From IMG/VR virus record IMGVR_UViG_3300045988_161046, positions 1 to 64,000 of that record: a stretch of 64,000 nucleotides of DNA. One strand, 5' to 3'. Shown piece by piece: positions 10,095-19,830 of the stretch. This DNA is from a virus. How positions within the stretch are numbered: position 1 is the stretch's first letter; each line of letters opens with the position of its first letter. Under the pieces are notes generated by a model, which did no database searches, was not told where the DNA came from, and worked only from the letters and a program-made list of their open reading frames with translations. A program made the translations under genes and the position numbers.

Positions 10095-12092
10095 ATGCAA
10101 CAACCACATTTGATATACCTAACCAAATTCCAGCAGCAGTCAGTGTACATGGCTGCGAAGGACGAAAGGGTAATTGCTGCAAGACGTGTGGGTAAAACCG
10201 ACGGTCTTGTGGCTCCCTACGTCTGGATGGCTTCTAACTCCATGCCCGGTATGCTGGGAGCCTGGGTAGCCGTATCACGACAGCAGGGATTCGGCAAGAC
10301 TATTCCTGGTACCATGGCTGCCATGGAACGAATGTTCGGCTTTACGCAGGGCATTCATTTCGGTTGGGGACGGCCACCGAAGCACGCTCGTGAGGCTATC
10401 TTTAAGCCGAAAAGTTATGATAATATCATTTGGTTTGCAAATGGTGCCCAGTGGGTACTTATCTCCCTCTCGCAGACCGCAAGCGCCAACAGTTACACTT
10501 TTTCGGCGATGGTAGGTGACGAGGCCAGGTTCTTCCCCTACAAGAAAGTAACAGATGAGTTGATGCCGGCGTTGTCAGGCCAGACTCACCCTTTGGGAAA
10601 CATCAATTTTACCGATTACAATCCACTCTATAAATCGACAAGATTCCTGTCTGATGCTTCGCTTACTACCAAGGGCAGTTGGCTGGAGCGTGAGGAGGAG
10701 AAGCTTGACCTTACGATAGAATCAGGTAAATTCCAGGGCAAGACTTACAGATGGGTACAGGAGCAGTTGGAAGACTATGCCAACAAGATTATCCGCTACA
10801 ACGACCTTATCTATAATGCCAAAAAGACCGGGCATACTCCCCATGCCGTGCCACCCGATTTGAGATTGATGATACGTGCCATCGCCCTCAAGATGATTAA
10901 GCACGAGGGTCAGTTTAAGATACTGCCAAATCACGGCAACAAGCTCACAAAAAACATGGTTGATATGGCGGTAAACTATAAGCTTGTGGATGCAGCGGAT
11001 GCGGAACTCATCTATGATTACGAATATCTGTTTACGGAAGAAGAATGGTGGGAAATGCAGATGTTCGACAAGGCGGATAAGTTTCGAGACGAATACCTGA
11101 GAGAGCTTCGCCGTTCGGCATTCCTCGTTCGCCGTGCCTCTACCCTCGACAATGTGGACTTGTTGAGTGAGGATTACATCCGAACCATGAAGCGAGATTT
11201 GCCTAACTACACCTTCATGGTTTCCATCCTGAACGTGAAAATCAAGAAATCGAACGATGGTTTCTATTCTAATCTGGATATAGATCATGTGCATGGCTAT
11301 ATAGTGGATGTTGACCCCCTTTCGCAAGCCAACTGGAGCACCCAGAAGGCTACAGGCATCATCGGCGGAAAAAAGATTACATCAGAGAGTTATCAGCCGG
11401 ATTTGAAGGAACTGTCCGAGAGAAACGATTGCCGTATGGATGCTGACTGCATAAACGACCTTCCTCTTTATCTCGCATTCGACTACAATGCGAATATCAA
11501 TACCCTGGTGGTAGGTCAGGTATATCAGCGCGACGGATTGGAGGCAGTGAATGTGATTAAGAGTTTCTATACGAAGAACGAACGGAAGCTGCGTGAACTG
11601 GTAGATGATTTCTCGCATTACTATGCTCCGAAGAGGGCCGTGAACAGGGATGTGGTTTACTTCTACGATTCCACAGCAAAACAAGGTGCATCGTATGCGC
11701 TGACCGATGAGCGATTCTATCAGGCAGTCATTAAAGAGTTGGAGCGCAATGGCTGGAATGTTACGGCGATAGATATGGGTGTGCCGGAGAAGCATGAGGT
11801 GAAACACCGTATCATCAATAATGCCCTTGCCGGTATCGAATATCCTGCTATCCGTATCAATGAGACCCAGAACCCTGATTTGATTATCGCACTGCAGCTC
11901 TGTGAGGTGAGCATAGGCTATCAGGGGTTCCGCAAGGATAAGAGTCAGGAGAAGAAAGCAGAGACGGAAGACAGCCTTCCGTTGCAGCAGAGAACTGACT
12001 TCACCGATGCCTTCGACTCTCTATATTTGGGATGCAAGTTCTGGCGAGGAAATATCGGCTGGTTTGTACTGCCGGACGGAAGGAACGTTTAA
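10095..12092 (+). CDS. terL: terminase large subunit
   Basis: It has a Walker A-like AARRVGKTDG and a Walker B-like SAMVGDEARF. Its size is 665 aa. The C-terminal half contains acidic nuclease-like motifs (LAFDYNANINTL). Confidence 0.8.
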   Translation: MQQPHLIYLTKFQQQSVYMAAKDERVIAARRVGKTDGLVAPYVWMASNSMPGMLGAWVAVSRQQGFGKTIPGTMAAMERMFGFTQGIHFGWGRPPKHAREAIFKPKSYDNIIWFANGAQWVLISLSQTASANSYTFSAMVGDEARFFPYKKVTDELMPALSGQTHPLGNINFTDYNPLYKSTRFLSDASLTTKGSWLEREEEKLDLTIESGKFQGKTYRWVQEQLEDYANKIIRYNDLIYNAKKTGHTPHAVPPDLRLMIRAIALKMIKHEGQFKILPNHGNKLTKNMVDMAVNYKLVDAADAELIYDYEYLFTEEEWWEMQMFDKADKFRDEYLRELRRSAFLVRRASTLDNVDLLSEDYIRTMKRDLPNYTFMVSILNVKIKKSNDGFYSNLDIDHVHGYIVDVDPLSQANWSTQKATGIIGGKKITSESYQPDLKELSERNDCRMDADCINDLPLYLAFDYNANINTLVVGQVYQRDGLEAVNVIKSFYTKNERKLRELVDDFSHYYAPKRAVNRDVVYFYDSTAKQGASYALTDERFYQAVIKELERNGWNVTAIDMGVPEKHEVKHRIINNALAGIEYPAIRINETQNPDLIIALQLCEVSIGYQGFRKDKSQEKKAETEDSLPLQQRTDFTDAFDSLYLGCKFWRGNIGWFVLPDGRNV

Positions 12093-12118
12093 AGGTAAAA
12101 AGGTAAAAAGGTAAAAAA
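12093..12118 (+). repeat. R2 micro-array: three tandem GGTAAAAA units directly after the terL stop
   Basis: Read directly as taa AGGTAAAAAGGTAAAAAGGTAAAAAA. Confidence 0.9.
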
Positions 12119-12122
12119 TGAT

Positions 12123-12149
12123 GGGCGGGTGTCATCACGACAGCCGCCC
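12123..12149 (-). terminator. hairpin GGGCGG/CCGCCC with loop GTGTCATCACGACAG; on the minus strand it is followed by the T-rich complement of the R2 array
   Basis: A 6-bp GC stem. In the minus-strand reading it is followed by ATCATTTTTTACCTTTTTACC. The loop is related to the conserved-loop hairpin family. Confidence 0.55.
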
Positions 12150-12355
12150 CTCTAAACATAAACTACTTTACCTAAAAACAATTAAGACTCTTATATTTGT
12201 ATGAGAACTAATTAATGAAGAAATAAGCCCCTCGTTTCACAACGAAGGGACCAAGAAAACTTTAACAACTCTATAAAAATAAAATAATCATAACTATTAC
12301 GTTAAGCATATTTTGATAAAACACTAGAAGAATCTATTCTTTCTTTTTCTGTTTG

Positions 12356-12363
12356 CAAAGGTA
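12356..12363 (-). promoter_or_regulatory. -7 box TACCTTTG (minus strand) downstream of the GNAT gene
   Basis: It matches TAnnTTTG. It points into a roughly 220-nt ORF-free stretch that ends at the 12123-12149 hairpin. Confidence 0.4.
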
Positions 12364-12394
12364 ATACTTTTCCTTGTAACGGGTGGGACAACAT

Positions 12395-12755
12395 TCAAAG
12401 TTCCTTTACCAGCAGCAGACTGCCATTTTCATTCCTTGCCATTACACGATAGCCAAGGCGCTTATACCATTCGAGAACGAAAGGCTTGCCGCCTATATTA
12501 TCCCACTCCAGCTGCACCGACTTGCAGCCCAGTTTCTTAGCTTCCCGCTCCGAGGTCTCCATCAGGAGGCGAGCCGTTCCCTGCTTGCGGTACTTCTCAT
12601 CTACCCAGAAGGTTATAAATAGCACAATCGGCATACTGGTAATACTCATCCTTATAAGGTCCAGGCTTTGGTACCTCCACCTGTACGGTGCCGTGATGAG
12701 TCTCATCTACGACAATAATTTTTTGGGATGACTCCCAATCTTGAATCTGTATCAT
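12395..12755 (-). pseudogene. GNAT-family N-acetyltransferase, apparently frameshifted
   Basis: The C-terminal frame (12395..12706) carries the acetyl-CoA motif WVDEKYRKQGTARLL. A 52-codon ORF (12597..12755, MIQIQDWESSQKIIVVDETHHG...) in another frame supplies the missing N-terminal part. Confidence 0.6.
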
Positions 12756-12803
12756 TGTAATGTTTAATTTATAATCAAATGATTTTTTTTACTTTTTTTA
12801 CCT

Positions 12804-13151
12804 TTACTTGAAGTGAATGGCTATACTGAGGCAGGAAAAATCTATCAGCCTATGACGGCGGTCGAAGATACATTTTCTCGTTACGCTAAAGCCGCACAAC
12901 CTGCAGAGTACTCGCGTGAAATAGGTGTCCTTATAATAAAACTCTACGAAATCATACTGCCTAAACCAATAATCTTTTTCACCGTTGACTAATCTTTCAT
13001 CGAGAATTATCGCTTTTCTTAAATCGGAATCATAAGGAACGAACACTACACTTATCTTATGTTCTATAATAGCATTGAACTCGTCTACAGATACACGTAC
13101 CTGTAAAACCCTTGCCATATCGCTTTGGAGTCGAAATCTATCTATGCTCAT
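12804..13151 (-). CDS. hypothetical protein
   Basis: Taken from the ORF track. Its stop is followed by an AGGTAAAAAAAGTAAAAAAA R2-like tract. Confidence 0.55.
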   Translation of the reverse strand: MSIDRFRLQSDMARVLQVRVSVDEFNAIIEHKISVVFVPYDSDLRKAIILDERLVNGEKDYWFRQYDFVEFYYKDTYFTRVLCRLCGFSVTRKCIFDRRHRLIDFSCLSIAIHFK

Positions 13152-13163
13152 ACGCTATAATCT

Positions 13164-13745
13164 TCATTTCGTTTTTTTTCTAAGGTTGTTATAAAATTCC
13201 TTTGAGCAAAGGCAATCCAAAAAGTTATCTGCTGGCGCATTGTATCTGTCGCCAAAGAAATCACAGGCACAGTTTACGCTTGTCTGATTGAAAGCGATTG
13301 CCTCTATATCATTTATGCTGTGAACCTTAATAAAGGCACTCAGCTTTTCGTATTGTTGTGGATATATACCTCCACACTCATCAGCGACAACCTTTAAGCA
13401 TTCAAGATAAACTGGTATATCTTCGCCTAGAACCTTTGCAAAATCAAAGGTAGATCTGAATACCATCATTTCCTCATAAGTTAAGCGGAAATCTTTCTGT
13501 AGATCTTCGATCTCCTTTTTGGATGAAACACATAACCAGCGGCTTACATATTCACCTTTTGCCTGTTTTTCCTTCACCCATTCCAGTTCCAGCGGTTTTC
13601 CATCAGCTCCTACCGGTACGTAAGATGGAAGGTATTTCTTTTCCAGATACATCCAGAGGTGAGGCATTCCACCCCAAACATTGGGAACCTCTATAGCGAG
13701 TTTCCAGCACTTCTTTTTCTTCATTTTTACGTATATCTCAAACAT
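13164..13745 (-). CDS. hypothetical protein
   Basis: Taken from the ORF track, tiled on the same strand as its neighbours. Confidence 0.55.
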   Translation of the reverse strand: MFEIYVKMKKKKCWKLAIEVPNVWGGMPHLWMYLEKKYLPSYVPVGADGKPLELEWVKEKQAKGEYVSRWLCVSSKKEIEDLQKDFRLTYEEMMVFRSTFDFAKVLGEDIPVYLECLKVVADECGGIYPQQYEKLSAFIKVHSINDIEAIAFNQTSVNCACDFFGDRYNAPADNFLDCLCSKEFYNNLRKKTK

Positions 13746-13753
13746 GATAAAGC

Positions 13754-14407
13754 TTAGTTAATGATTAAATGTATCTCATCTTCGTAGTCCTTGATAATCT
13801 CTATCGGACGGAAATGCTTATCCAGGTACTTCTCGGGGACTTCATTCATCGGACCCTCAAATAAGGTCTGAATGTTGCGGGTATCGGGAAGAATAACATC
13901 AATGCTTACCTGGCAGAACTCGTCAATGATAGTACCTACAAGGTCGCCTATCTTCAATGGCGAAGGGTGTAGCTTCTTCTCCTCTTTCTTGCTGAGAGGA
14001 GGAACGAATGGCTTCTGCTTCTCGCAAATCACGTAAGGGGTCACGATACTCTTCTGCTTGGAAGCATCATCTGTAAAATCATTATACTTGATAGTAACAG
14101 CGTTAAAATTGCCGAGATAGTTAACAGGGCAAGCCTGGATAACCTCTGCAAGGCTCGGTTTGAACAAAGCCGGTGAGCCGAAAGTATGCACTGCTTCAAA
14201 ACTAGGCAGTACGCTTTTCACTTCCTTTTGGTGTTCCTTATTATATGAAGGCTCATCCCAGATGCAGGAGTCACCAAACACATCTTTAGGCTTTGGATAT
14301 TCTAAAAGCACAAACTCTTTTGCTTTAGGGTCATGCCGGAAACAGATGACACTGATACCTTCAGCTATCTTTTCTATCTGTTCCTTTGTAAATTCAATCT
14401 TTTCCAT
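13754..14407 (-). CDS. hypothetical protein
   Basis: Taken from the ORF track, tiled on the same strand as its neighbours. Confidence 0.55.
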   Translation of the reverse strand: MEKIEFTKEQIEKIAEGISVICFRHDPKAKEFVLLEYPKPKDVFGDSCIWDEPSYNKEHQKEVKSVLPSFEAVHTFGSPALFKPSLAEVIQACPVNYLGNFNAVTIKYNDFTDDASKQKSIVTPYVICEKQKPFVPPLSKKEEKKLHPSPLKIGDLVGTIIDEFCQVSIDVILPDTRNIQTLFEGPMNEVPEKYLDKHFRPIEIIKDYEDEIHLIIN

Positions 14408-14428
14408 AATCTATAAATCTTTTAATCA

Positions 14429-15157
14429 TTAAAATGCGTCTTTAATATCACATCCGGCTACTGCCTTATATTCTGCCTTGAGGAAAGAGATCTCATCCTT
14501 CAGGCGCTTAATAGCCTCAGTAGGCTGCTGCCTTTCAAGAGCCAGCTTCCAGTTGCGGTAGGCGTAATAGAACTTGTCGCATAGTTTCAGCTCCTCATTA
14601 GTATACTTATTATTATGCAACATCGGAATGCGCTTTACCTCGTTCAGTTTGCCATCCTCGGTAAGGACAACCAGTCCGGCATAATCGGGAAGAAGGGGAA
14701 GTACTTTTCCACTAAGGTACCATGGTACGCAATAGCAAAAGTAGTTCGGGCAGCGATGCTTTCTTTTGATTACTTCCCGACACTCGCGGTAGATATTCCA
14801 GGCCTTGCCAGTCTTCTTTATATGATAATCAGGGAAAGGCTCAAATTTCGACAAGGCTTTCTCATCCGTTTCTCTACAGACAAAAGTAAGAGAGTGCCAC
14901 TCCCCCGTCTTCAGCAATTCATGCTTCTGCCACTTATGCTTGAAATCGTTCTTGAAATCGGCGAAAGAGATTTTACATTCCACCTCATACCAATATCCGC
15001 TTCGGGTCTTGATGAGCATATCACTCTCCCAGTCGAACACGTATAGGTTTTCTACGATATACGTAGGGTTCGATTTCCAGCCGCGCAAATACTGCTGAAT
15101 AAGCTGCTCTGACACCTGCTCCTTGGTAAGGAGGGTTTGTTTACGCTTTGTTCCCAT
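14429..15157 (-). CDS. PD-(D/E)XK-type nuclease-like protein (MmcB-like)
   Basis: The motif WYEVECKISFADFKNDFKHK resembles the E-x-K core followed by the S..DF..D signature. The family assignment is from memory. Confidence 0.45.
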   Translation of the reverse strand: MGTKRKQTLLTKEQVSEQLIQQYLRGWKSNPTYIVENLYVFDWESDMLIKTRSGYWYEVECKISFADFKNDFKHKWQKHELLKTGEWHSLTFVCRETDEKALSKFEPFPDYHIKKTGKAWNIYRECREVIKRKHRCPNYFCYCVPWYLSGKVLPLLPDYAGLVVLTEDGKLNEVKRIPMLHNNKYTNEELKLCDKFYYAYRNWKLALERQQPTEAIKRLKDEISFLKAEYKAVAGCDIKDAF

Positions 15158-15743
15158 TAAGCTTTGTCATATCTCCGTTTTTAAATTCATAGCCTATCTC
15201 TCGCAGTTTTTTCTCTAACATCTTAACTTGTGACTGAGATGGCTGAAAGATGTAAAAATCATCAAAATGATTGATGGAGAGATTGGAACCGATAACATTA
15301 GCAAAGCCATGAGACGGCTCGCTGTGACATTCATCCACATTAGGGTCGCACACCCTAAGAAGCCTACAAACGCCATCACTTTCCCAAAAGAAATGTAAGA
15401 ATACATTCTTATTTTCCTGCCACAGATTAAGTTTTACACAAATAAAGCCTTTGCTCGTATTAAAGTGATCCTTACTTTGCAAAAAATAGATTCTATCCTC
15501 TTGAAGGGATTCGGGGGAAACAACTACAGAGCCAACATCCTCACCATACACGTTAGATTTGACACGATATACGCAATTCTTGGTGTCTATATCGCAAGTG
15601 AATGGATCGAAGTCTTGCCATGAGAGTTTTTCGTCCAGATACATTACCGGTCGCCCCTCTTTGATGGCTTGCAGCACCTCCAGCAAGCCATCAACATCAA
15701 ACAAATAATTCTTTTCCATAACTATTTTTATTACCTTTTTCAT
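15141..15743 (-). CDS. hypothetical protein
   Basis: Taken from the ORF track. It overlaps its neighbours by a few codons. Confidence 0.55.
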   Translation of the reverse strand: MKKVIKIVMEKNYLFDVDGLLEVLQAIKEGRPVMYLDEKLSWQDFDPFTCDIDTKNCVYRVKSNVYGEDVGSVVVSPESLQEDRIYFLQSKDHFNTSKGFICVKLNLWQENKNVFLHFFWESDGVCRLLRVCDPNVDECHSEPSHGFANVIGSNLSINHFDDFYIFQPSQSQVKMLEKKLREIGYEFKNGDMTKLNGNKA

Positions 15744-15984
15744 GTCGCCATGAGATAGTTAACTTATACTCACCACCAACCCCACACCAGGTTTCATAAC
15801 CGAGTTCATTTAGATATAACCTTACGATACTTCTGTCTTCGTCACTCTCGAAGGTCACAGTATCTTCGTACTTTAACTCTTTACAAGCACAATCGATGAT
15901 TGCGTCTATCAATTCGAGCTGTTCTTGATATTTCTCCTTAATGGCGTTAATGGTTTTTCTTCTTGCCTCTTCTGCTGTTGTCAT
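15697..15984 (-). CDS. hypothetical protein
   Basis: Taken from the ORF track. Confidence 0.5.
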   Translation of the reverse strand: MTTAEEARRKTINAIKEKYQEQLELIDAIIDCACKELKYEDTVTFESDEDRSIVRLYLNELGYETWCGVGGEYKLTISWRHEKGNKNSYGKELFV

Positions 15985-15990
15985 AAGTTG

Positions 15991-16707
15991 CTACATTTTG
16001 ATAACGTGAACATCGTTTATTTCAAATTCGAAATAACTGCAAAAGCCTTTCTCTACATAGTAATCAGGATGAGTCTCACGATTTACGTTATCTACGATGT
16101 CGTCGTAGTCGAAGCTCGTATTTTTCGAAAAGCCGACAATAAGAATGGTGCCTACAGAATATCCAGAGAGTGTACCTATCGGACTATAATCATCTACATA
16201 GTCTGCACCACGGACATAAACCTTGCGTCCTTTATATAACTGCCAAATCTCTTTGGCCGTCAATCCGGAAATATCTTCAAACTCGGAATCACCAAGCGCA
16301 GGCGTATTCTCCTGCTCTGCCGTATTCACTTCAGGCTCTACTCTATCTATAGTAGGATCTACTCCCATAGCAAAACAGATTTTGGCAGCTATTTTTTCTT
16401 CCTCACGTTTACATCGATGCTTTATCTTTAAAGCCATAAGCTTTGTTTTTCTCCAGCTATCAGCCCAAGAAAGGAGCCAGAAACCTACAAAGAAACCAGC
16501 CAACACAACGATCATTGCCCACAGGCAGCAATCGTATATCTCCTGAGATATAACATAAGGGTTAGTATAAATATTCTTCAGCTTGCCGATACCATAGATA
16601 AGGATAACGGCAAGGATAGGTACCAATGCCGCCAACAGGTTAACACCGATAACCTGGGCATAATACTTCAATTTACTTTTCATCATTTTCTTTTTGTTTT
16701 GATTCAT
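15991..16707 (-). CDS. membrane protein (two N-terminal hydrophobic helices)
   Basis: The hydrophobic segments are LLAALVPILAVILIYGI and LWAMIVVLAGFFVGFWLL. Confidence 0.55.
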   Translation of the reverse strand: MNQNKKKMMKSKLKYYAQVIGVNLLAALVPILAVILIYGIGKLKNIYTNPYVISQEIYDCCLWAMIVVLAGFFVGFWLLSWADSWRKTKLMALKIKHRCKREEEKIAAKICFAMGVDPTIDRVEPEVNTAEQENTPALGDSEFEDISGLTAKEIWQLYKGRKVYVRGADYVDDYSPIGTLSGYSVGTILIVGFSKNTSFDYDDIVDNVNRETHPDYYVEKGFCSYFEFEINDVHVIKM

Positions 16708-17677
16708 AAATCTTTTTTATTTCATCAAGTTTTCTGACACACAAATCTCGATAAACACCTTCAAAAGTTTCTGCCTGTTTATACATGCTGTCCTTTACCA
16801 TGAAACGGCAATCAAGACCGCGTGCCAGAGTTTTAACTGCAATAACGAAACCGACAAACTTGTTAGGATCATATCTGTCTTTTTTGATAGGCGACTGAGC
16901 ACCGATGCGTATCTCATCCGTAATCTTATATGTTTTCTTGATTACTTCCGATGCAGAATGAATATCTATTATCGGCTCTAGAGATACAAAGGTCTTAATC
17001 TTGTATTCATCGTGCAACTTGCGTAAAGCTTCGATGCGCTTCTCTGTAGAAGGAGCATTAGGCTCCAGCTCATCTTTACCGGTGATAGTGAAACCGATGG
17101 TGAGGCAGTGGGGTAAATTTTCCACATATTCAGGCCAGACTTTATGAGAACGAGTCAACCCCAGCTCCCAGCCTTCCGTGTATAACCAATCTACATTTTT
17201 TGTAAGAATCGTAACAGGAATCTGGCTTGTCACTAACGTATGAAGCATCCATTGGGTTATATTATTATTATTATCTAAATAGCTATCGAACGGATCGCAA
17301 GTAAACGAAAAGAATATACCTCCATCCTTGCGAATCTTATCCTCTCCGATTTTTGCAAGATCTGCCAGTATAAGACGTTGTGCAGCTAAGACTGCATGCA
17401 TAAAAACTACTGATGAATAGATATTTTCACGTGCAGTTATACCTCTATCTTTCATATACTTGTTTAATAGCTTTTCTCGCAACTTGATGATAGGTGCTGC
17501 CAGTTCCGGCTTATCGCCGAAGACGTGGCTCAACACTCCTCTGCGGTTATAACAATATGTGCAGCCATTAGAGCAACCATGATATAGATTGATTGCCCAC
17601 TTAGCATATTCACCAGCCGCACCCTGCGGCTGGTAAATCAATGCTCCCCAAACAGGAGTTTCTTCTTTATCTTGCAT
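16673..17677 (-). CDS. radical SAM enzyme, SplB/'DNA photolyase'-like (COG1533-type N-terminus)
   Basis: It carries the CxxxCxxC cluster motif in INLYHGCSNGCTYCYNRRG. Its size is 334 aa. Confidence 0.65.
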   Translation of the reverse strand: MQDKEETPVWGALIYQPQGAAGEYAKWAINLYHGCSNGCTYCYNRRGVLSHVFGDKPELAAPIIKLREKLLNKYMKDRGITARENIYSSVVFMHAVLAAQRLILADLAKIGEDKIRKDGGIFFSFTCDPFDSYLDNNNNITQWMLHTLVTSQIPVTILTKNVDWLYTEGWELGLTRSHKVWPEYVENLPHCLTIGFTITGKDELEPNAPSTEKRIEALRKLHDEYKIKTFVSLEPIIDIHSASEVIKKTYKITDEIRIGAQSPIKKDRYDPNKFVGFVIAVKTLARGLDCRFMVKDSMYKQAETFEGVYRDLCVRKLDEIKKIYESKQKENDEK

Positions 17678-18014
17678 AATCTTCTTCTTTTATTTTTTCT
17701 GTAATTGCGATATTTCCGTCTGAATCAATATCAACGCTGCATTCTCCCGTTTTATGCCAGCCATTTGGATATTGGAAGGTTAAAACTTTATCTCCCCTTG
17801 AATGGCGAAAAGAAAGATTTGCCAACAGACGTTTTTTGCTGATCAGCGGTTCAAATGAGCGGAAACGAATACAATCTCTAGTTTGATCATCCTTCTTGGG
17901 AGCTGAAAAATATCTTATCCATGGACCGCCATCGAACCATGCTACGAGATAGATAATAGCATCATCCCTTGCATTTTGAAAGGCAGGGGTAGATAACAAC
18001 TCTTGCTTTGTCAT
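17667..18014 (-). CDS. hypothetical protein
   Basis: Taken from the ORF track. Confidence 0.5.
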   Translation of the reverse strand: MTKQELLSTPAFQNARDDAIIYLVAWFDGGPWIRYFSAPKKDDQTRDCIRFRSFEPLISKKRLLANLSFRHSRGDKVLTFQYPNGWHKTGECSVDIDSDGNIAITEKIKEEDYAR

Positions 18015-18017
18015 ACG

Positions 18018-18812
18018 CTATTCTTTTTTATCTTCTGGCTTTTCTATCAAAAATCCGATGCCAGCGTGGATATTACCCAGCTTATACCACTTCTGACTGA
18101 GAGTCATCACATAGCTACTGAAGGCATTCTCTTCGATATCCAACTCGAAATTTTCGTCAGTATCAGGCTTACCGTGTCTGATATAACCTTTACCTGGTGT
18201 ATAAATGAGACGATAGTAAACGCCATCTTTACAGAGGTACAGACCGCTATTTTTACAATCAGAACTCCACCATTCCGGCTTGCTAACGTAGCAAAGCATC
18301 ACATCACCATCGTAGATAGGGATATTCGATTTCTTACCATCGTTCTTGCCTACATAGTCTTTGGCATCGACGCTATCTACCTGACGGGCAATAGTCATCA
18401 ATTCATAGCCATTTTTTATCATTTCGGCTATCTCGATATACGTAGCCTGCCATTGCAGGTCAAACTCCTGCTGAAAACACTCTCCATTCTTAAGAAAGAT
18501 TGCGAGGATATTCTGCTTCCTGTCCCCGTCGTTGGCAGGGGCAGTTTTGATGATGCTGTTCAATGCGTGCAGTTTACGGGCTTCCTTCGCCATGCTTACC
18601 ATGGTGTAGAAATAACCGTCTGGTTTATCATCGACGCACCAATACTGTCCGCAAGCTATCTTGCGAAGGTAACCGTACATATCCATCGCTTCACGCTCCG
18701 GTATATCATGCTGCTGGCATACGAACTTATATTGGTCGGGGTAAATGCTTTCCACCAGGTCGCTGAATGCCTGCATGTTCTTAATGGCGCTTACATATTC
18801 TTCTGTTTTCAT
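18018..18812 (-). CDS. hypothetical protein
   Basis: Taken from the ORF track. The opposite-strand ORF 18003..18836 is a shadow ORF. Confidence 0.6.
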   Translation of the reverse strand: MKTEEYVSAIKNMQAFSDLVESIYPDQYKFVCQQHDIPEREAMDMYGYLRKIACGQYWCVDDKPDGYFYTMVSMAKEARKLHALNSIIKTAPANDGDRKQNILAIFLKNGECFQQEFDLQWQATYIEIAEMIKNGYELMTIARQVDSVDAKDYVGKNDGKKSNIPIYDGDVMLCYVSKPEWWSSDCKNSGLYLCKDGVYYRLIYTPGKGYIRHGKPDTDENFELDIEENAFSSYVMTLSQKWYKLGNIHAGIGFLIEKPEDKKE

Positions 18813-18815
18813 ACG

Positions 18816-19274
18816 TTACTCCTCTTTTTTTTCTAAATCCTCACTCTGTTCAAAGTTTTTATTCCAACAGATGATGGTACTATCTTCAGGTATTCTACAT
18901 ACGAAACCTGGGCAGCACCAGCATTCAATGGAATCTGTTCTGACAGAGTCATGGTTTATCTCATCCTTTTCTCCGTGAGGACACGGGATGTTTTTAGGGT
19001 ACTCCGTAGCTACGACTTTTATGTTATTATAAGCTGAACGAAGTCTACGATTCAAAGTATTAATCTCTTCACGCAGCTTGATAATCTCTCTTTCCAAATC
19101 GCAGTTGCGTTTATACATCCCATAAGCGGCATTACCCGTCAATCGTTCGTACTGCTTACGGAAGCGATGGTTGGTATACTTACGGAAAAATTTTGACTTA
19201 CTGCCCGATTCTATAATAAGGTCAAAGATAAAGCCTGCTATCTTCTCCTTCACCTGTTTCATATTTATCTTCAT
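18816..19274 (-). CDS. hypothetical Cys-rich protein (start trimmed to MKINMKQ)
   Basis: The ORF track gives 18816..19397. The upstream gene stops at 19279, so the ATG at 19274 fits the tiling. The C-terminus contains CPHG...CWCCPGFVC. Confidence 0.5.
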   Translation of the reverse strand: MKINMKQVKEKIAGFIFDLIIESGSKSKFFRKYTNHRFRKQYERLTGNAAYGMYKRNCDLEREIIKLREEINTLNRRLRSAYNNIKVVATEYPKNIPCPHGEKDEINHDSVRTDSIECWCCPGFVCRIPEDSTIICWNKNFEQSEDLEKKEE

Positions 19275-19278
19275 ACGA

Positions 19279-19830
19279 TTATCCTTCTTTGCTACTATTA
19301 ATAAGATCCTCATATTCACCAATCGTGATTTCCGTGAAATCACGATTCTTCTTCTCGGCTCGGATGCTATCATCGAAGAAGGCAAAGTAACGGTCATTGC
19401 AGCGGAGAAGCTGAGTGATAGAGAAAGAACGAAAACCTTTAGGACCCCCTATGCCCAGTTCCTCCAATATATCGAAATGGTTTGCAACGGCTTTGTAGGA
19501 GGCAAGTGCAGCGGCGATAGCCTTACCCTGCTTGTATCGCTTGTTAGGTGCTACGGCTACATAATAGCCATCCTCCAGCATCTTGCCATCACGTTTCTTC
19601 CATACCTTCTTATCCAGCGTTTCATATCGCTCAGATGGTACCCAGATAGCGGTTATCTTATACTCTCGCAGCAGACTGCAGTTAGGCTGATAACCTTGCC
19701 ACTTTTCAAACTCGAAACCTACGGCTTCATCGACTCTTTTCATGTAAGCCTGATACTCTTTCTCTTCAGCTTCGAGAATACCTTTAATGTATTCGTAAAT
19801 CTTTGTTCCTTGTTTTGCTTCGTACAACAT
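19279..19830 (-). CDS. hypothetical protein
   Basis: Taken from the ORF track. Confidence 0.55.
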   Translation of the reverse strand: MLYEAKQGTKIYEYIKGILEAEEKEYQAYMKRVDEAVGFEFEKWQGYQPNCSLLREYKITAIWVPSERYETLDKKVWKKRDGKMLEDGYYVAVAPNKRYKQGKAIAAALASYKAVANHFDILEELGIGGPKGFRSFSITQLLRCNDRYFAFFDDSIRAEKKNRDFTEITIGEYEDLINSSKEG

